Below are positions 45,763 through 55,400 of a stretch of 64,000 nucleotides of DNA, in pieces. Every line of letters begins with the position of its first letter. The stretch's first letter is position 1. The DNA is from Terrimicrobiaceae bacterium (GTDB lineage: Bacteria; Verrucomicrobiota; Verrucomicrobiia; Chthoniobacterales; Terrimicrobiaceae). The position numbers were made by a program, and so were the translations under genes. The stretch lies in NCBI GenBank assembly GCA_044342325.1, contig JBIIPZ010000011.1, positions 12,253 through 76,252 on the forward strand, written 5' to 3'. The notes under the pieces were generated by a model that had not been told where the DNA came from, did no database searches, and was given only the letters and a program-made list of their open reading frames with translations.

Positions 45763-46934
45763 AACCAACCACACTCGGTCCTGTCACAGAAGGGATTCCT
45801 AAAAAACTGCGCCGCGTCAGCGAACCAGCCATCTCGAAGGTCGCCGTCCGTCGGAAGCCAGCGCCCTCGCAGGATTTTTCCTTCAGCCTGAAACCGGCAG
45901 ATATCGCCCGGCATCTGAACCGCTTTGTCATTGGCCAAAACGAGGCCAAGAAAGTCCTCGGAGTTGCTCTCTGCGATCACTTCCAGCATGTGCGCCTTAC
46001 GCTGGAGGGTCAGGAAGCTCCCTTTTATCAAAAGCAGAATGTCCTCCTGCTAGGCCCCACCGGAGTTGGAAAAACCCACCTCATCCGCTCGGCGGCTGAT
46101 CTTATCGGAGTTCCCTTCGTAAAAGCAGATGCCACCAAGTTCAGCGAAACCGGCTATGTAGGCGGCGATGTGGACGACCTCGTGCGCGACCTCATCCGCC
46201 GCGCTGGTGGTGATATCAAACGCGCCTCCCACGGCATTATCTACCTCGATGAAGTGGACAAGCTCGCTGGGTCAACTGAGGGCGGTGGACGCGATGTCTC
46301 TGGGCGCGGCGTTCAAACAAACCTTCTCAAACTCATGGAGGACGGCGATGTGCCGGTGCTGTCGCCAAATGATGTGACCGGCCAACTCCAGTCCGCCATG
46401 AGTGCCGCCCGTGGCAACACGCCAGGAATGCCCGACACCATCTCGACCCGCCACATCCTCTTTATCGCCAGTGGAGCCTTTGTCGGCCTGGATGGAATTA
46501 TCCGCTCCCGCCTCGGTCAAAACTCGATGTCACCCGCGAAGGCTCTGGCTCAGGCTGGCACGAGCGACTTCATTCGCTTTGGGCTCGAACCGGAATTCAT
46601 CGGGCGCCTCCCCGTGCGTGTCGCCTGCCATGCGCTCGACGAGGACGACCTTTTCAAGGTTTTGGAAAAAAGCGAAAGCAGCTTGATCCACCAATACAAA
46701 CGATCTTTCGCCGCCTACGGCATCAATCTCCGCTTCGAGCCTTGCGCGCTGCGCAAGCTCGCCGCGCTGGCCCGCACCGAGGAAACCGGTGCCCGAGGTC
46801 TCATGACCGTTCTCGAGCGCACCTTCCGAGACCTCAAGTTCCGCCTGCCCTCAACCCGCCTGCGCGCGCTGACTATTACCGAGCAAACGGTGGAAAATCC
46901 CGCCGCCGCGCTGGCGAAGCTCTTGAAAAAATGA
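45759..46934 (+). CDS. ClpX-like AAA+ ATPase lacking the zinc-binding domain and IGF loop
   Basis: VIGQ, GPTGVGKT, ETGYVG, DEVDK, RDVSG.GVQ, PEFIGRLP, TGARGL. Confidence 0.85.
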   Translation: MKPTTLGPVTEGIPKKLRRVSEPAISKVAVRRKPAPSQDFSFSLKPADIARHLNRFVIGQNEAKKVLGVALCDHFQHVRLTLEGQEAPFYQKQNVLLLGPTGVGKTHLIRSAADLIGVPFVKADATKFSETGYVGGDVDDLVRDLIRRAGGDIKRASHGIIYLDEVDKLAGSTEGGGRDVSGRGVQTNLLKLMEDGDVPVLSPNDVTGQLQSAMSAARGNTPGMPDTISTRHILFIASGAFVGLDGIIRSRLGQNSMSPAKALAQAGTSDFIRFGLEPEFIGRLPVRVACHALDEDDLFKVLEKSESSLIHQYKRSFAAYGINLRFEPCALRKLAALARTEETGARGLMTVLERTFRDLKFRLPSTRLRALTITEQTVENPAAALAKLLKK

Positions 46935-48724
46935 CGCGTCCGCTGGTCGTCTTCGACGGTGCCTGCGGATTCTGCCGGCAGTGGATCGAACGCTGGCGGG
47001 AAATGACGGGAGACGCCGTGGACTACCGCCCCTCCTCGGAGGCAGTAGCGGATTATCCAGAGATCCCGCAGGAGGAATTCGACCGGGCGGTGCAGTTGAT
47101 TCGCCCGGATAGAACCCGCTCGTCCGGCGCCGCAGCCGTATTGGAACTCACCGCCCCCCACAGCACCGCCGCGAGGGCAGGATTTTTCCTTAACAACCGG
47201 CTTCCGGTTTTTGCGCAGATGCTCGAGTCCGCCTATGGATTCGTGGCGGCAAACCGGGTTGTTTTTTCAAAGCTCACAAAACTCCTCTGGGGCTCATCCG
47301 CCCGACGTCCGACCTTTGCGATCGCCAACGCCGTCTTCCTTCGAGCGCTGGCGCTGATTTTTCTCATGGCACTGGTTTCGTATTGGCATCAGGCCGCCGG
47401 CTTGAATGCGATCCTTCCGGTCGCACCGTTTTTCGAAGCTGCCCGCAATCAACTCGGCGCAGAGGCGTATTGGGCACTGCCATCACTCGCCTGGCTATCA
47501 CCCGGACTGGAGATTTTAAACACTCTCGTCGGAATCGGTTTTGCCGCTTCAATACTGGCTTTGCTGGGAGTCTTGCAGCCGCTCTGCTTTCTGACCCTCT
47601 GGGCCGTCATGCTGTCCCTCTGTGTCGCCGGGCGGGATTTCTACAGCTTCCAGTGGGACGCGCTACTCATCGAGGTCGGCTTCCTCACGGTATTTCTCTC
47701 GCCATGGCGATTGCGCCCGAATCTCTCTGCGTGCGAGCCTCCCCGACTGGCGCGGTTTCTGGCTGTGGCGCTTTTATTCCGCCTCATGTTCAGCTCCGGG
47801 GTGGTGAAGCTCACCAGCGGCGATCCGAGTTGGCGCAGCCTCACAGCGCTCGAGTTCCATTTTTTCACCCAGCCCCTGCCAAACCCGCTCGCCTGGTTCG
47901 CCCAGCAGCTTCCAGCGGAAATTCTCGTGGCCAGTTGCGCGCTCATGTTTATCATCGAACTCCTCCTTCCCTTCGCTTTTTTCCTACCGAGGAATCCCAG
48001 ACTGCTTGCCGCATGGTCCACCATCGCGCTGCAGGCAGGAATCGCGCTCACAGGCAATTTCGCCTTCTTCAACTTCCTCTCCACCGCCTTGTGCCTTTTC
48101 CTTCTCGATGACCGCTGCTGGCCTGCATTTCTTCAGAAAAAACCGGCGCCCGCCGTGTTTGTGACGCGATGGATGCGAATCCCGGTTCTCGCTTCAATCC
48201 TTTTGCTCTCACTCATCCCCCTCGCCTCGGCGTTCCGAGCGATTCCAAGTTTTCTCGCGCCTCTCGCCGGAGTCCATTCGCTCCTTGCGCCGTTTCGAAC
48301 CATCAACGGCTACGGACTTTTCGCCGTCATGACCACGCAGCGTCGCGAAATCATCGTCCAAGGCAGCAACGACGGCCACGAGTGGAAGACCTACGAATTC
48401 CGCTACAAGCCAGGGGCTCCCGACCACGCTCTCCCTGCCGTCGCCCCACACCAACCGCGACTCGACTGGCAAATGTGGTTCGCCGCGCTCGGCCTCGTGG
48501 AGACGACTCCGTGGTTTCAATCCTTCCTCGCCCGCCTGCTTGAAGGCTCCCCCGAAGTTCTGGCCCTGCTCGAAAACAACCCCTTCCCCGAGGAACCTCC
48601 CAAATACATCCGCGCCGTTCTCGACAACTACACCTTCACACCCCCCGAAGAACGCGAGCACAGCGGTGCAGTCTGGAATCGGGAACCCCTCGCGATCTAC
48701 TGCCCTCCAGCATCCCTGCGCTAA
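46931..48724 (+). CDS. DCC1/DUF393 thiol-disulfide domain fused to lipase maturation factor (LMF) family
   Basis: FDGACGFC; FQWDALLIE, FRLMFSSG..K, TQPLP, YGLFAVMT, PRLDWQMWFAAL. Confidence 0.9.
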   Translation: MTRPLVVFDGACGFCRQWIERWREMTGDAVDYRPSSEAVADYPEIPQEEFDRAVQLIRPDRTRSSGAAAVLELTAPHSTAARAGFFLNNRLPVFAQMLESAYGFVAANRVVFSKLTKLLWGSSARRPTFAIANAVFLRALALIFLMALVSYWHQAAGLNAILPVAPFFEAARNQLGAEAYWALPSLAWLSPGLEILNTLVGIGFAASILALLGVLQPLCFLTLWAVMLSLCVAGRDFYSFQWDALLIEVGFLTVFLSPWRLRPNLSACEPPRLARFLAVALLFRLMFSSGVVKLTSGDPSWRSLTALEFHFFTQPLPNPLAWFAQQLPAEILVASCALMFIIELLLPFAFFLPRNPRLLAAWSTIALQAGIALTGNFAFFNFLSTALCLFLLDDRCWPAFLQKKPAPAVFVTRWMRIPVLASILLLSLIPLASAFRAIPSFLAPLAGVHSLLAPFRTINGYGLFAVMTTQRREIIVQGSNDGHEWKTYEFRYKPGAPDHALPAVAPHQPRLDWQMWFAALGLVETTPWFQSFLARLLEGSPEVLALLENNPFPEEPPKYIRAVLDNYTFTPPEEREHSGAVWNREPLAIYCPPASLR

Positions 48725-48794
48725 TTCAGAACCGCCCGATAGTCCGACGGCCCGGAGACATTGCTTCACCGCTCGAGGGGTGTATATTCCTTGT

Positions 48795-49037
48795 ATGACT
48801 TTGAGCCTGCCAGATATTCCGAGCACAGCTCGGATGGACGAGTTCGAGTTGCGTCTTGAACTCGCCTGCGCTTTGTATGCGCGGGGAAGAATCTCTGCAG
48901 TTGCCGGCTCGCACTTGGCAGGAATCGATCTCGTCACCTTTCAGGGAGCCTTGGCAGATCGCGACATTCCACGGAGCTATTCTGTCAGTGACCTACACAG
49001 CGATCTCGCAGCCATGGATCGCATACTCGGCGTGTGA
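48795..49037 (+). CDS. UPF0175-family putative antitoxin
   Basis: 80 aa; ELACALYARGRIS, F...LADRDI; overlaps the PIN gene. Confidence 0.8.
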   Translation: MTLSLPDIPSTARMDEFELRLELACALYARGRISAVAGSHLAGIDLVTFQGALADRDIPRSYSVSDLHSDLAAMDRILGV

Positions 49038-49519
49038 TTGTTGTCGCAGACACCTCTGTCATTCTCAATCTCGCGCTGGTCGGACACGAGAATCTGCTCG
49101 ATACCATTTTTCATGAGGTTGTGGTTCCTCCCGCCGTTCAGGCCGAGTTTGTCCGTCTTGCAGCCTCCTCTGGACGCTTCGCCGGTCTGACTCTTCCCAA
49201 TTGGATTCGGGTTCAAGCGCCAAAAACCATCCCAACTTTAATCGCAGGCGATGCGGATCTCGATCCTGGTGAATCCCAGGCTCTCGCCCTCGCTCTGGAA
49301 ATCTGCGCTGACGGAGTTCTCATCGATGAGGCGCATGGACGCTTCATTGCTATTGAGCTTGGTCTCACCCCGATCGGTGTCTTGGGCATTCTTGTTCGCG
49401 CAAAGCGCGATGGACTTCTACCAACCATGGCACCTGTCATAAAGGCCCTCTTGGCGAAGGCCCGTTTCCGAGTCTCCGATGCTCTCATCCTCGAAGCGCT
49501 TCGACTTGCAGGCGAATAA
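49034..49519 (+). CDS. DUF3368-type PIN-domain putative toxin
   Basis: VVADTS, PPAVQAE, LDPGESQA, LIDE..GR, GVLGIL..AK. Confidence 0.88.
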   Translation: MIVVADTSVILNLALVGHENLLDTIFHEVVVPPAVQAEFVRLAASSGRFAGLTLPNWIRVQAPKTIPTLIAGDADLDPGESQALALALEICADGVLIDEAHGRFIAIELGLTPIGVLGILVRAKRDGLLPTMAPVIKALLAKARFRVSDALILEALRLAGE

Positions 49520-49708
49520 AACAGCATTAGGAACGCCTTTTACCAAAGTCACTTTGCTTTTGGACTTTGAAATGTAGCGCGTGCCTCCTCACAAAATCCA
49601 AAAAAATGATTTTGCTGTCCATGATTTTGCCAATTTTCCCCCAACCGCAGTAGCGAGGAACACGCGATTAGCTTGTCAAAACGCGATTGAGATGCGATCT
49701 CAATAAGG

Positions 49709-50596
49709 ATGCGCGTGGCTTCTTTTTTCAAAACATTTCTCTCGTTGGCATTTGTGCTGTTTGCCGTGATCTCGCCAGCCTTTTCAGAGGAATTGGCACC
49801 CGAGGTCGTGGTAGCTTTGAAGCCCGACAAGGATCCGGACAGAATGTTTTCCGAGCGCACGGCCCTCGCAGAAGCTCTTGGAGCAGCCATCGGGCGTCCG
49901 GTGAAAGTGATTATCCCCCTCTCCTCGGCGGTGATTGTCGAGGGCCTTTCAAACGGGTCCATCGACCTTGGCTACCTGAGCGCGACAGACATGGTGAACG
50001 CCCGCAAAACCAATGCCGCCGATGTCCTTCTGGTGGGCGAAATCGACGGTGAGCGTCATTACGAGAGCCTGTGGATTGCCCTTGCCGACAAGCCCTACAA
50101 ATCGATTGCCGATCTGCGGGGCAAGCCGATCGCCTTCGCCAGCCGCACGAGCACATCCGGATACCTCATTCCACTTCTGGATTTGAAAAATGCCGGTCTC
50201 ATTTCGACAAAACCCGAGGATTTATTCGGACAAGGGAATGTCTGGTATGGAACAGGATACATGAGCGCCATCGAGCGGGTTCTGGCCGGCGAGGCCGAGG
50301 CGGCGGCTGTGAGTGATTATGTGTTTGAAAAAGACAAACACCTCACGCCAGATCAAAAAGCTCGGCTCAGAGTAGTCGATACGCAGGGACCGGTGCCCAC
50401 GCATGTGCTCGCGATCTCGAAACGCCTTTCGCCAGATGCCCGCCAGCAGCTTCTCAAAGCCGTCCAGGATTTTTCAGACAAAAACCCGACCTTGAGAGAT
50501 GCCGTGTTCACCTCCCGCTTGGTGGAGTGCGATGCGGATGCCCACCTGCTGCCAGTAGTGAACGCCTTGGACTTTGTGCACGGTCAACAGAACTGA
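49709..50596 (+). CDS. phnD: Phosphate/phosphite/phosphonate ABC transporter substrate-binding protein
   Basis: Signal peptide; YESLW, DLRGK.IAF, STSGYLIP; followed by PhnC and PhnE homologues. Confidence 0.8.
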   Translation: MRVASFFKTFLSLAFVLFAVISPAFSEELAPEVVVALKPDKDPDRMFSERTALAEALGAAIGRPVKVIIPLSSAVIVEGLSNGSIDLGYLSATDMVNARKTNAADVLLVGEIDGERHYESLWIALADKPYKSIADLRGKPIAFASRTSTSGYLIPLLDLKNAGLISTKPEDLFGQGNVWYGTGYMSAIERVLAGEAEAAAVSDYVFEKDKHLTPDQKARLRVVDTQGPVPTHVLAISKRLSPDARQQLLKAVQDFSDKNPTLRDAVFTSRLVECDADAHLLPVVNALDFVHGQQN

Positions 50597-50599
50597 GCG

Positions 50600-51304
50600 A
50601 TGACCCGCAACGGAACGAATCAAATTCATATCGAAGATCTCACGGTCTCGCGCGGTGGTCGTCCCGTTCTGGAAAAACTCAATCTCTCCGTGCGGCGAGG
50701 CAGTTTTGTCTCGATCGAGGGCCACTCGGGCGTCGGGAAGAGCAGCCTCTTGAGCTGCCTCGCGGGCCTGCTGAAGCCATCCAGCGGCGCGATCACCTAC
50801 CATTGCCGCAAAGGCTGCGCCCACACGCCAAACCAGTTCCAGGAACGCTTGGGTTTGGTTTTTCAACACCTGCGCCTGACGGCAAATGCCACTGCCGAGG
50901 TGAATGTGCTTTGCGGCCTGCTCGGAACGCGCCCGGGCTGGAGAACGCTTTTTGGCTTTCCAAGTTCCGACCGCTCCCAAGCCAACCGGCTTCTCGCTCA
51001 ACTGGGGCTGAAATCCCTCGCCTACAAGCCTGTTTCGCAACTCTCGGGAGGTGAGCGCCAACGCGTTGCCGTGGCCCGAGCGCTTATTTCCGAGCCAGAG
51101 TGCCTTCTGGCCGACGAACCCGTTTCAAACCTCGATCCCGCGACCGCACGCAGCGTTCTCGGTCTCCTGAAATCCGAGTGCACAAGAAATGGCTGCACCG
51201 TTTTCTGCGCCCTGCACGACCGCGCGCTCGCAGAGGAATTTGCAGACGCCACCCTGCGTCTCAACGCGGGAAATTGGGAATTATCGGGGGGAGGCGCCTG
51301 TTGA
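50600..51304 (+). CDS. phnC: Phosphonate-type ABC transporter ATPase
   Basis: GHSGVGKS, NVLCG.LG, LSGGERQRVAVARAL, LADEPVSNLDP. Confidence 0.85.
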   Translation: MTRNGTNQIHIEDLTVSRGGRPVLEKLNLSVRRGSFVSIEGHSGVGKSSLLSCLAGLLKPSSGAITYHCRKGCAHTPNQFQERLGLVFQHLRLTANATAEVNVLCGLLGTRPGWRTLFGFPSSDRSQANRLLAQLGLKSLAYKPVSQLSGGERQRVAVARALISEPECLLADEPVSNLDPATARSVLGLLKSECTRNGCTVFCALHDRALAEEFADATLRLNAGNWELSGGGAC

Positions 51305-52068
51305 GGCCCCGGCTTGATGCGCCCCGTGTGGCGTTTTTGCTTCTTCTTTTGGCTGTCCTCTTCTCCCTGCCAGTCATCGCCCCCTCCGGCCGCACGCTCG
51401 ACTATGCGGCAAATCTCACGCGCTTTCTTTCACGATTCTGGCCGCCGGATTTTTCCATCCTACCCCAGATCCTGCCCTCGCTGTGGGAGACATTTCAAAT
51501 GGCCGTTCTAGCGACAACAGCTGCCGCGATCCTCTCGATACCGGTGGCTGCCGCAGCCTCCAAAACCACCGCGCCGACGCCCGTCGTCGCGCTGATGCGA
51601 TTTTTACTCAATGCCATCCGCGCCATTCCCGGACTCGTCTGGGCCCTCCTCACCGTTGCCGTCCTGGGAGCGAATCCCGGCGCCGGCGTTCTCGCCCTCT
51701 CGATCTACTCGATCGGCTACCTCGGGAAATTTTTCAGCGATGCCTTCGAAAGCGCCGACCCCGGAGTGAGCGAGGCCCTGCGAGCTACAGGCGCCGACCG
51801 TTTGCAGGCCTTCCAATACGGCATCTGGCCCCATGCGCGACCGATCGTCTGGAGCCATGTCCTGTGGATGCTGGAATACAACATTCGCTCTGCTGCCATC
51901 ATCGGCTATGTGGGAGCCGGAGGCATTGGCACCTGGCTGCACACCTACCAGGAATTCTACCAGTGGAACAAATTCGCCGCCGTCCTCACATGCATCCTGG
52001 CGGCCGTGATCATCCTCGACTTCGCAGGCTCACGCATCCGGCGGGCACTGGCACCCTCGGCCCAGTAA
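51301..52068 (+). CDS. phnE: Phosphonate-type ABC transporter permease
   Basis: PPD, IRAIP, GYLGKFF, EALRATGA, EYNIRSA.IIG.VGAGGIG; TTG start overlaps phnC stop. Confidence 0.85.
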   Translation: MRPRLDAPRVAFLLLLLAVLFSLPVIAPSGRTLDYAANLTRFLSRFWPPDFSILPQILPSLWETFQMAVLATTAAAILSIPVAAAASKTTAPTPVVALMRFLLNAIRAIPGLVWALLTVAVLGANPGAGVLALSIYSIGYLGKFFSDAFESADPGVSEALRATGADRLQAFQYGIWPHARPIVWSHVLWMLEYNIRSAAIIGYVGAGGIGTWLHTYQEFYQWNKFAAVLTCILAAVIILDFAGSRIRRALAPSAQ

Positions 52069-52235
52069 ATTTGAAACCCTCCTGATCTTCCTGCCCCACA
52101 CCTGAATATTTTCAGCCGCCATTCGCAAAATCACAATCGACTCCCAATGCGCATAAAACGGCATGCGCGTCTACTTCCCCCATTCAACCCAAGCACGGCC
52201 AAGGTTGACGCGCGGCAGCGCGGGTCGTAACCAAG

Positions 52236-52473
52236 GGAGGGTTCATCGTCCTCGCATGACCCATTTTTCAGCCGCCCAGCGGCGTTTCTCTTTTCCCTCC
52301 ACCAGATTTTGTCTTTCTGTCTGAGAGGCCGATTTTATCCGCTAATTCAGTAAATTGATTCGCTGTGCTCACCCTTCGGGCTGCCCAAGGCAGTCTTTCT
52401 CCGCTTTGCTTAGATTCTGTCTTGAAAGGCCTTCCGCGCTTAAAGTTTGGGCCATGCGGGACGATGGCCCTCC
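52236..52473. repeat. Inward-facing pair of GGAG REP-like elements (REPIN-like)
   Basis: GGAGGGTTCATCGTCCTCGCATGACCCA (52236-52263, +) and rc GGAGGGCCATCGTCCCGCATGGCCCA (52448-52473, -). Confidence 0.75.
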
Positions 52474-55400
52474 CGGAGTTTGGCTCGGCGGCGGAGGTAT
52501 TGGACGACGACGCCGGCGAGGAGGGCTACGGCGTAGAAGTAGGTTTCGGTTTCGGGGACGGCTATGATCTCGGTTCCGCCGCCTGAGAATCCTCGTTCAA
52601 AGCCGCTTCCAATGGAGGTGGTGCCGGAGTCGCTGTAGAAGCTGATATTGGCGAGGTTGGAGGAGAGGGTGGAGTTGTTTGTAAAGACCAGGTTGCTGGA
52701 GTTCGGGTAAGTGCCGTAGTTTGTTCCGTATTCGGTTCTTCCGCTCCAGTTCCAGATGGCCAGGTTGGCTCCGGCTGCCCAAGAAGCGATACTGCCAAAG
52801 CGGAGGGTGCCGACGAAGCCGGAGAAATCGAGGGTGGAGTTGGCGCTGAGAGTGAGCGCACCTACGGTTTCGTTGAAGTTTCCGCTCATGGCCATGCGAC
52901 CGCCATTGAGATGGATGGCAGCGTCGTCGTTGACGGTGTTCTCTGCTGTGACCAAGAAGGAACCGCCGTTGTTCAGGACGACTTGAGAGGTGTTGGCGAG
53001 TGCGTTGGCAGTGGAGGCTTGGAGGGTTCCGCTGTTGACCGTTGTGGTGCCGTTGAATGTTGTCGCTCCGGCGAGGGTTTGGGTGCCGCTGCCGTTTTTC
53101 ACGAGGTTGCCAGTGCCGGAAATACCGCCGCTATAGGTAGTGGTTGCGCTTCCGTTGATCGTGAGAGTGTTGGCGTTGAGATTTACCGAGGAGCCGCTTG
53201 TGCCGCTGAGGGAGGCTACGGATTGGCTGGCACCGAGGGCGAGCGTGGAGCTGCCGTTGATTGTGACGGCGCTGAGCGTGCTGGTTGGCAGGGCGCCGGC
53301 GGTATTGGCGTTCAGGGTGCCGCTGTTGATGATGAATGTTGGGCCGTTGTAGGTATTGTTCGCGTTTGTGAGCGTGGTGGTGCCGCCGTCGATGACGAGG
53401 TCGGAGTTGGCGCTGGAGCCGCTGATGACGCCGCTTACCGTGATGCCGTTGGCTCCGCCTTGGAGGGTGAGTGTGGTGCTGTTTTTAGTGAGAGCGCCGG
53501 AGAGGGTGAGGAGTCCGGTGCCGCTGTTGCGGATTGTGCCGGTGCCGCTGGTGATGGTGATGGCTCGATCCAGTGAGCCGGATCCGCCTGTGTAGATGAG
53601 CGAAGTGGCGTTGGCCATGCTCAGGCTGCTGGAGTTAACGAGGGCTGCTGTGGTGCTGAATGAGATGTTGCCGGTGTTGAGTGTGGTGGCTCCGGTGTAG
53701 GAGTTGCTGCCGCCGAGAGTGAGGGTGCCGGTGCCGTTTTTGGTGAGGGTTCCTGTGCCGGTGGCGATGGCGTCGTTGATGGTGATGTTGCCCGCGCCGA
53801 CGATGGTGAGGTTTGTGTTGGTCCCTGTGATGGAGCTGCCGCTGGAGAGGGTGAGGTTTCCGGCGTCACTGCCGATAGTCGTGGCTCCGGCGAGGGAGAT
53901 CGCGCCGGCGTAGGCGTTGTTGCCGCTGATGTTTCGCAGTGCGCCGGTGCTGGATATGCCATTGCCCGTGAGGGAGAGGGTCTCGGCGCCGATCGAGATG
54001 CCACCTGAGAGTTCCAGTGCGGCGCCGCTGGAGACGGTTGTGCCGTTGCCTGTTGTGCCCAGGGCGTTTGCGTGACTGGCACGCAGGACGCCCGTGCTAA
54101 CGGTTGTGGTTCCGGCATAAGTATTGTTGCCAGAGAGAATCAGTGTGCCAGTGCCAGCTTTGGTTAGGCCCGCAGTGTTGGTGACATTTCCTGAAAATGT
54201 TGTGTTGTTTGAAACCGTGATCGTTCTCGTTGTTGTGCCGAGATCCACTGCACCGCTAACGAGAAGATCGCTGGTATTTGTCGAACTTCCAAGGTTGCCA
54301 TTGGCTCCAGAGAAACTCATTCCGCCTTTGATATCCACTCCGGTGACTGAAGCGGATATTGTTCCTCCCGAGGCGAAGTCCACTTTCATTGAACCTGGCG
54401 CAGCCGCATTCGCAAAAACGAGCTCACCGGCCCGCATATTGAGAGAGCCATTAGATATCGAGTTATTACCACTCAGAGTGAGAGTGCCAGTGCCATACTT
54501 GTTGAGAACGCTGTCGGATTTCACCATGCTGATAAGACCCGAAAAGGTTGAGGAGGCGTTGTCGTAGCCGATACTGAAGCGGTTGAGCTGAGCTGCGGTG
54601 CCGATAATCAGGGTGCCAGCGCCGTTCAGTGCTCCAAAGTTTGAGTAGGTAAATACTCCCGTCTGCGAGGCATTGAGTGTGGCTCCGCTTGCTATTGTAA
54701 TGGCCGAACTGCTTGTTGTGGTGTTGCTGTAAGCATTATTGACAACAATGAGCGTTCCCGAGTTCACCGTCGTGGCACCGGTGTAACTGCTGGCGCTTCC
54801 ATTGAGCGTCAGCGCACTGGTGCCGTTTTGAGTGAGGGCGCCTGAGCCGCTGATGGCGCCGGACAGGGTTTGGTTGGTGCTGGTGTTGAAGAAGAGCGTG
54901 CCATTGTTGGCGATGGTTCCGGCATAGGTTGCGTTACCAAGGGTGCCAGTGCCGTTCACGCGCAGGGTTCCGGCGTTGATCGTGGTGTTTCCGGTGAAGG
55001 TGTTCGCTCCCGAGAGGATGACTGTGTTGGTGTTCGACTTCACCAAGGCCCCGTTGCCGGAGAGAATGCCTGCGAGGGTTTGATCAGTGGTGGTGTTGAG
55101 GGAGAATGTCCCGCTGTTGGAGATGTTGCCGGAATAGCTGGCGCCTGTGCCGAGCGACCCACTACCCGTGATTTGAAGGCTTCCCGCGCCGATTGTGGTA
55201 TCACCTGTATAGGTGTTTGTGGCACTCAGTGTGAGGGTGCCTGTGCCGTTCTGAGTGATGGCCCCGGCACCGGAAATTGCGCCGCTGACCGTCGTGCTGT
55301 TTGCTCCGCTGAAGGTGATGGTATTGCTGTTCGAGACAGGCCCTCCCAGATTGATGTTTCCAGCAGCGGCATTGATGGAGACGGGCGAAGCCGCAACTGC

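Noticed and set aside
49560..49708. Pho box upstream of phnD
   Set aside because: Only isolated TGTCA-like half-sites, without convincing 11-bp periodic repeats
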